From: Saccostrea echinata
Taxonomy: Eukaryota
Direction: 5' to 3'
Length of the DNA stretch: 64,000 bases
NCBI RefSeq assembly: GCF_033153115.1
Contig: NW_026889772.1
Span: 4,216,001 to 4,280,000 of the forward strand
Positions 62,001-64,000 of this stretch are shown one piece after another. Below the pieces are notes generated by a model that saw only the letters and a list, made by a program, of their open reading frames with translations, was not told the origin of the DNA and did no database searches. Positions within the stretch are counted from its first letter, which is position 1; each line of letters opens with the position of its first letter. A program made the position numbers and the translations under genes.

Positions 62001-64000
62001 CTCATAGCCCCCGATACTGAAATAAAGTGGCAAAACTTTTATTTTCTGAGTTTATTTCAAATCTGCCAAAAAAATTGTAGAAATGAAAAGAAAATTTTAA
62101 AAGTTTATAACTACGTTCTTTTTTATTATATTACATGAATGAAACAAAGGACAGATTGTTGTTAGATAAAACATACAGAAAAAAATATGAATGAATGTGT
62201 GATAATAGTCTTACTTGTGTCGACTCAGTGGTCGATATCGGCGGAGAATCGTCTCACTGGTGAAATCCGGGTTTGGTTGAGGTGCCAGAGCCATGTCTAT
62301 CGTACGAACGATTCCACAATATACAGAGAAATAGCTTATGTCGAACTCTCATTAATAGGAAACGATACCCAAAGAATTACATTCTATAATAGGCTTAGAT
62401 TAATAAACCATTGAACCTTTCAGAGTGCGGATGTCTCTCGCTCCAATGAGCTTTCATCAGGAGATGTCCAAATTTCGAGTCACGGTCTCCGCCCCGCCCC
62501 CTATAGACGATAGAGAATGTCTGTTAGAGAAGAGTTACAATGTCTACAGAATATCTGGGTGTCTGTTCATCAGTGTGTTCTTTATCAAACACTGCAGTGC
62601 AGATGTAACCTATTGTGTCCGCGGTAAATTAAATCAGCTCAGCCATTATATGTAGTATTTATTAAGGGTACTTATAAGACAATACCCCCCTCAAAACTCT
62701 GACATTCTGTTGACGGGGATATTTAAACACTGCATCAGCTAAAGCCGTATTATCACAGTTTGGCATTCTTATAAAGATTTGATTTTGTCATTGACGTAGA
62801 CACGTGTAATCATTACATGAATGAAAATAGAATTCTTTTTTCCGTTGACCATGTTTATTAACTTTGTTTTTAGAGGCTGTTTTTTTTTTAGGTTGGCTCT
62901 CTTCTGCATTCTCAAAATGATGTATAGCTCAGGCACGTAGTATCGTTCTCGAAAAGAGGGGAGGGCAACCAGAAAAAAAAAATTGACAACTTACCTGAAA
63001 GAAAACTTTGCCCCCCCCCCTCCAAAAAAAAAATTGTAATTGTTTCCCCCGATAAAATACAGAAAATGACAATAAAGAGGCAATCCTCTGCCCTCTTGTC
63101 TTCTCCTTAGAAAAAAATAAAACAAAAACAATTCTCTGGTAGTCAAAATTTGGATTATGTGATCGTCGACAAAAATTTTATCAAAGTGGGCCTTTCAGTT
63201 GTTCATATTAGGTTCATTGTTACTTGTAGAGGTTCATCGGTTTGATTAAGAATCAATCAATTTTTCTTAACCAAGTTAGACTCAATCTTCTGAAAACAAC
63301 CAGGCTTTACTGTCTTCTAATGTATTTAAAATCATTGGACTAAAGCTTAAGGCGAGGATGGGGTCCGTGATCCAAAATGAATACAATAAGATCCAAAGGC
63401 CAAACTTCAATTTTCAGATCAGTCTGGCAGTTTAAGGAGGCATAAGTTTGTCTAATTTAACCTTTTTAAGCGCTAAGCGCAGCGCAAAGCGCTTACTGTC
63501 ATCTTATATCTACTTCCGTTCGCGATCCAGCGCCACTAAGCAAGTTAGATAACTCCACTGGGTTTTCTAAAAATATGCAACTGGAAATCCCCGACTCTCT
63601 TTCGGCTATTTTAGTGTAATACTAAATTACGTGCAGTCTAATAATAGGAGTCAATTAGTTAGGTAAAGATATGCATGTACATTGTACGAAAATCCACTGT
63701 TAGTAGATAAGGGCGGTTCTTGTCATGCTTATCTCTATACATTGTAGATCATTTAAAATCGTGTCGGCACTCATCACTTGTGTACCATGTAGCTTACAAC
63801 TGCTGCATCTATGGCGCATATACTTAATTGAAAACGGTTTATTACATGTATATGTCATGTACATGTAATGCAGTGATTGAATAAGTACATATTTTAAAAA
63901 CTCAGATGGGATTTTAATAAGTATTTAAAACTCAAACTGGAATTGAGTTATTTAGTAGAAAAATTCGCATAAAATTGATTTACAAAATACTTACATATGT

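Overview
AT-rich, intron-containing animal genomic DNA, most likely from a bivalve (oyster-like repeat families and a nacrein-like gene). There are two assembly gaps, at 24506-24637 and 24960-25199. The window holds a putative shell-matrix locus. A complete 12-exon secreted animal heme peroxidase gene (+, 29380-40372, ~798 aa) lies tail-to-tail with an 8-exon nacrein-like alpha-carbonic anhydrase gene (-, 53415-41950, ~388 aa). A recent segmental duplication (1-~13050 matches ~35640-42280) carries the last three exons of a second peroxidase and an orphan CA terminal exon. An older, frameshifted peroxidase fragment lies at 13430-14436. The most unusual feature is a 9.46-kb insertion (3119-12581) with TG...CA ends, a 4-bp ATAA target-site duplication and a visible empty site in the duplicate copy. 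It contains a Ty3/Gypsy gag-pol that is cut off where integrase should begin, and it is bounded by ~750-bp INVERTED repeats instead of direct LTRs. The rest is transposon-rich: at least 11 fragments of N-terminal-GIY-YIG Penelope-like (Naiad-type) retroelements, Helentron-type elements carrying 168-bp tandem repeats, mariner and hAT MITEs, tRNA-derived SINEs, palindromic foldback elements and a degenerate hammerhead ribozyme. All exon models and alignments were made by eye and have no transcript support.
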